64,000 nucleotides of DNA from Scyliorhinus canicula (Eukaryota): positions 38,493,729 to 38,557,728 of the forward strand of contig NC_052158.1 in NCBI RefSeq assembly GCF_902713615.1, given 5' to 3'. Position 1 is the first letter of the stretch. Every line of letters begins with the position of its first letter. The translations under genes and the position numbers were made by a program. The notes under the pieces were generated by a model that was given only the letters and a program-made list of their open reading frames with translations, did not search any database and had not been told where the DNA came from. Shown here one piece after another: positions 60,416-64,000 of the stretch.

Positions 60416-63400
60416 TCACCTTGATCAGTCTGTTGAGTTGGCGGGTGTGTTCCTTGGTCGGATCTGCGGGTAACTGTCTGTAGTGTTCCTGGTTGTTGAG
60501 TTGTCGGTACACTTCTTTGCAGTCGTCAGAATAGTGACATGGAACATGAGGACGTTAGGGGGGCCAGTGAAGAGATCGAGGATTTTTACAAACTTAAAGA
60601 GCTTAAAAGCCGACGTGGTGATGCTGCAGGACACCCAACTGAGGGTGAGGGATCAGGTGGGGCTTAAGAAGGGTTGAGTGAGTCAGGTTTTCCACTCGGG
60701 GTTTGATAGGAGGGCTCGGGGGGGTAGCGGTATTTGTGGGCAAGAGGGTGAAGTTTCAGGTGGAGGAGGTAATGGCGGACCATGGGGGCCGGTAGAGGGG
60801 AGTTTGGTGGCAAAGGCGAGGGTATATGGCCTCAACTGGGATGATGCAGGGTTTGTGATGAGGGTGCTGGTGCTATTCCGGATTCGGACACCCACAAGTT
60901 GATAGTGGGGAGGGATTAGAATATGGTCAGGAACAAAAGTTGGACAGGTCTCAGCTGTGCTTGCTGGCCCTGTCAGGGCTTATGCGGGAGATGGGTAGAT
61001 GGACCTGTGGATGTTCCTGCAGCCGAGGGAAAGGGAGTATTTGTTTTTCTCCCCGGAACACAAGGTGTACTCGAGGATAGACTATTGCATGGTGGGGAAG
61101 GCGCTATTGGCTAGGGTTATGAGGTTGGAGTACTCAGCAATCGTGATTTCAGATCATGCTCTGCATTGGTTGGATGTGGTTTTGGAGAAGGGGATGGCCC
61201 AGAGGCAGGGGAGGAGAATGGACATGGGGCTATTAGCGGAGCGTAGCTTTTGCGATAGATTGGGAAGGTGATCGAGAAAAATGCGGGGTAGGTTTCGCAG
61301 TCGGTGGCTTGGGAGGCTCTGAGGACAGTGAGGGGGAGGTGATTTTGTTCAAAGCTAAGGTGGACAAGGAGGAGAGAGAGAGAGGAGCACCAAAAACTGA
61401 TAGAGGAGATTCTGGAGGTGCATGGGAGGAGTGCAGGGGTCCCGGTATTAGGTCCCATGTCTCTTGGCCAAGAGGAAGGAGTTGGCTATAAAGCCCTTGA
61501 CCATTGCGCTGAGGTGCTCGGGGCTGTGGAAGGGATAGTGAGTGGGGGGGAGGGGGGGGGGGGGGGGGTGCGACGATCTGTTATTACATATTTCGGGACC
61601 GAGCACGTCAGTGAGTAGTATAATGGAGCTGCTCCAGGGATTCGGGACATTCTCGGGGTGTAAATTGAATTTAGGCAAGAATGGGTTATTGTATGGTCTC
61701 CTCGCCGGGAGTAGGGGAGGGGTTTGGGGGGGGCTGCCATTCCATTTGGCAGTAACCCACTTTAGGTAGCTGGCCCGGGATTGGTGAGGGCTCCGAAAAT
61801 ATCATTTCACTATTTTGATGGGGAGGGTGAAGGCTGATCTGACGAGGTGGGACAACCTCCCTCTGTCATTGACAGGCTGTTAAAATTAATGTTTGATCAC
61901 GATTCTTGTTTTTATTTCAGTGCCTGCCGGTCTTTTTATCAAAGTCCTTCTTCAGGGAGGTGGTCAGGTTGATCTCCTCGTTCATTTGGAGGGAGTAAGG
62001 CGGCCAGGATTGGGAGGGTGCTTCTGCAGAGATGACGACAGGTTGGGGGGTGGGGGGCGGTGGTGGTGGGCCTCCCAAACTTGCTGGACTGTTATTGGGC
62101 AGTTACTGCGAAGATGCAGGGCTGCAGCAAGGAGTGGGGTGTTCGGTGGGTAAGGATGGAGGCGGGCTCGTGCTGGGAGCTGAGATTGCGGGCACTGGCA
62201 GAGGCGTCGTTTCCAATAACTCCAGGAAGGTGCTCGGTGGGCCCGGTGCTGGTGGCCACATTGACGATTTGGAGGCAGTTCATACAGTACGTTAAGCTGG
62301 GGCCGGGTCAGGGGGGATGCCGATTATGGAGAATCATGGGTTCGAGCCCAGAGGGTGGATGCGAAGTTTCGGAGACGGGATGAGAGGGGGATCAAGGAAA
62401 TGAAGGATCTGTTCCTTCGGGGCGATTCGCAAGCCGAGAGGAGTTGGGAGAACAGTATAGTTTGGTGGAGGGGAAAGGGTTTAGGTACCTGCAGGTTCGG
62501 GACGTCACAAGAAAGGTTTCCCGACCTTCCCAATAGCGTTGGCCTATTCGTTGCTGAAGGTTGTGATGTCGGCAGGAGGGCTGGAGAGGGGGTTGTTTTG
62601 GCGATCAATGGGATGATCCTGGCAAGGGGTAGGGTGTCTATAGATGGGATTAAGGCAAAGTGGGAGGAGGAGCTTGGGGGATGTTGGAAGAAGGACTGGG
62701 ATGTGAGGTGTCACGCAGGGTGAATGCCCCGACCTCGTGTGTGAGGTTAGGGCTGATACAGCTGAAAGCCGTGCATAGGGCGCACCTCAGGAAATTAAGG
62801 ATGAGCCGGTTGCTCGAGGGGTGGAGGGTGTCTGTGAGCGATGTGGGAGGGGGCTTGAGAACCATGTTCATATGCTTTGAACCTGCTCGAAGCTGGATAG
62901 GTTTTCAAGGGTGGTATTCAGCACAATTTTGGGGGTCTTACATATTATTGTGGAGCCCAGTCCGCTAGAAGCCATATTCAGGGTGTCAGACCGGACTGAG
63001 CTGCAGGCGCAGTTGTCTTAATAATAGTAATTACTTATTGTCACAAGTAGACTTCACTGAAGTTGCTGTGAAAAGCCCCTAGTCGCCTGTTCAGGGAGCC
63101 CGGTGCGGGAATTGAACCCGTGCTGCTGGTCTTGTTCTGCATTACAAGCCAGCGGTTTAGCCCACTGTGCTAAACCAGCCCCAGTAGCCTTCACCTCGCT
63201 GATCGCTCGTAGGCAGGTCTTACTGTGGTGGAAGTCAGTCTCTCCATCCTGTCCCTTGCTGTGGCGGGGGGACCTGCTGGGCTTTTTGACCCTGGGGAAG
63301 GTGAAGTTCGAGCTGAGGGGGGGTTGAATGATGTGTTCCACAATTGTTGGGGTTTGTTCATCATGCACTTTCGGAAGTTGGTCACCGTTGACTGTTGGGG

Positions 63401-63769
63401 GGGGGTGAATCGGGGTGGGGGGAGGATTGGGGGAGCTTTCTTGGATTTGAGTGGGATTGTTTTTTATATGAAATTAAATGAAAATCGCTTATTGTCACGA
63501 GTAGGCTTCAATGAAGTTACTGCGAAAAACCCCTAGTCGCCACATTCCAGCACCTGCCCGGGGAGGCTGGTACGGGAATCGAACCATGCTGCTGGCCTGC
63601 TTGGTTTGCTTTAAAAGCCAGCGGTTTAGCCTGGTGAGCTAAACCAGCCCCATATTGTTGGGGTTGTTCTTTTTGTTTTTCTCTTGAATGGTGAAAACAG
63701 TGAAAAATTGTCAAATAAAAATATTTTTAAAAGATCACTTTGGCAGTCATACTGTACTTTGGAGTCTCT

Positions 63770-64000
63770 GGTCTGGTGGTAATGTCGCTGGACGAGGAAT
63801 TTTCAGGCCCTTGGGGTAATGCTTCTACAGCATGGGTTCAAATCCCACCATGGAAGCGTTGGAATTGAAATTCAATGAGTAAAATCTGGAATTGAAAAGC
63901 TAGTCTCAGTAATGGTGACCATGAAACTCTCATTGACTGTTGTGAAAGAAAAAGCCAAGTTCTCCTGAGTGAAGGAAATCTGCCATCCTGGCCGACATGT
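63770..64000 (+). mobile_element. Old tRNA-headed SINE (related copies near 33030-33170, 43110-43440 and 29640-29820 -)
   Basis: Shared gggttcaaatcccacc...gaattcaat...aatctggaatt...gaaggaaatctg motifs. Confidence 0.6.

Larger units (their letters stand above)
58127..60524 (-). mobile_element. Penelope-like element (RT plus GIY-YIG endonuclease), decayed and 5'-truncated
   Basis: YTRYIDDIF, LYRKPTD and NVVYLISC...WYIGET...RMNGH; 11-bp TSD gtcagaatagt (58116-58126 and 60525-60535). Confidence 0.9.
57470..63732 (+). mobile_element. Decayed L1 (spacer, ORF2, 3' end) hosting a Penelope element and SINEs
   Basis: PTVRIV|TWNMRTLGGPVKR rejoins across the insertion; LIQLKAVHRAH; aataaaaatattttt end. 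Confidence 0.85.

Overview
Eukaryotic, repeat-dense vertebrate DNA, most likely from a shark (inferred from HE1-like V-SINEs, CR1 tails and the class I gene). There is one host gene: an intact five-exon, non-classical MHC class I heavy-chain gene on the minus strand (leader 47055-47004, alpha1 40458-40198, alpha2 35480-35205, alpha3 29391-29119, TM/cytoplasmic 20766-20570; 1059 nt, 352 aa; all introns GT-AG and phase 1). An inverted, splice-dead copy of its promoter and leader exon sits head-to-head just upstream. The rest is transposable elements and tandem repeats. These include a 5.8-kb full-length L1 with 16-bp TSDs and a single nonsense codon, decayed L1, CR1, RTE and Rex1 LINEs, and a Penelope-like element carrying a hammerhead-ribozyme motif. 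There are also Harbinger transposase/Myb relics and their MITEs (two inserted at the identical position of two CR1 copies), solo LTRs, three SINE families and 33-bp and ~48-bp tandem arrays. Element and family names come from motif recognition only; no database search was run.
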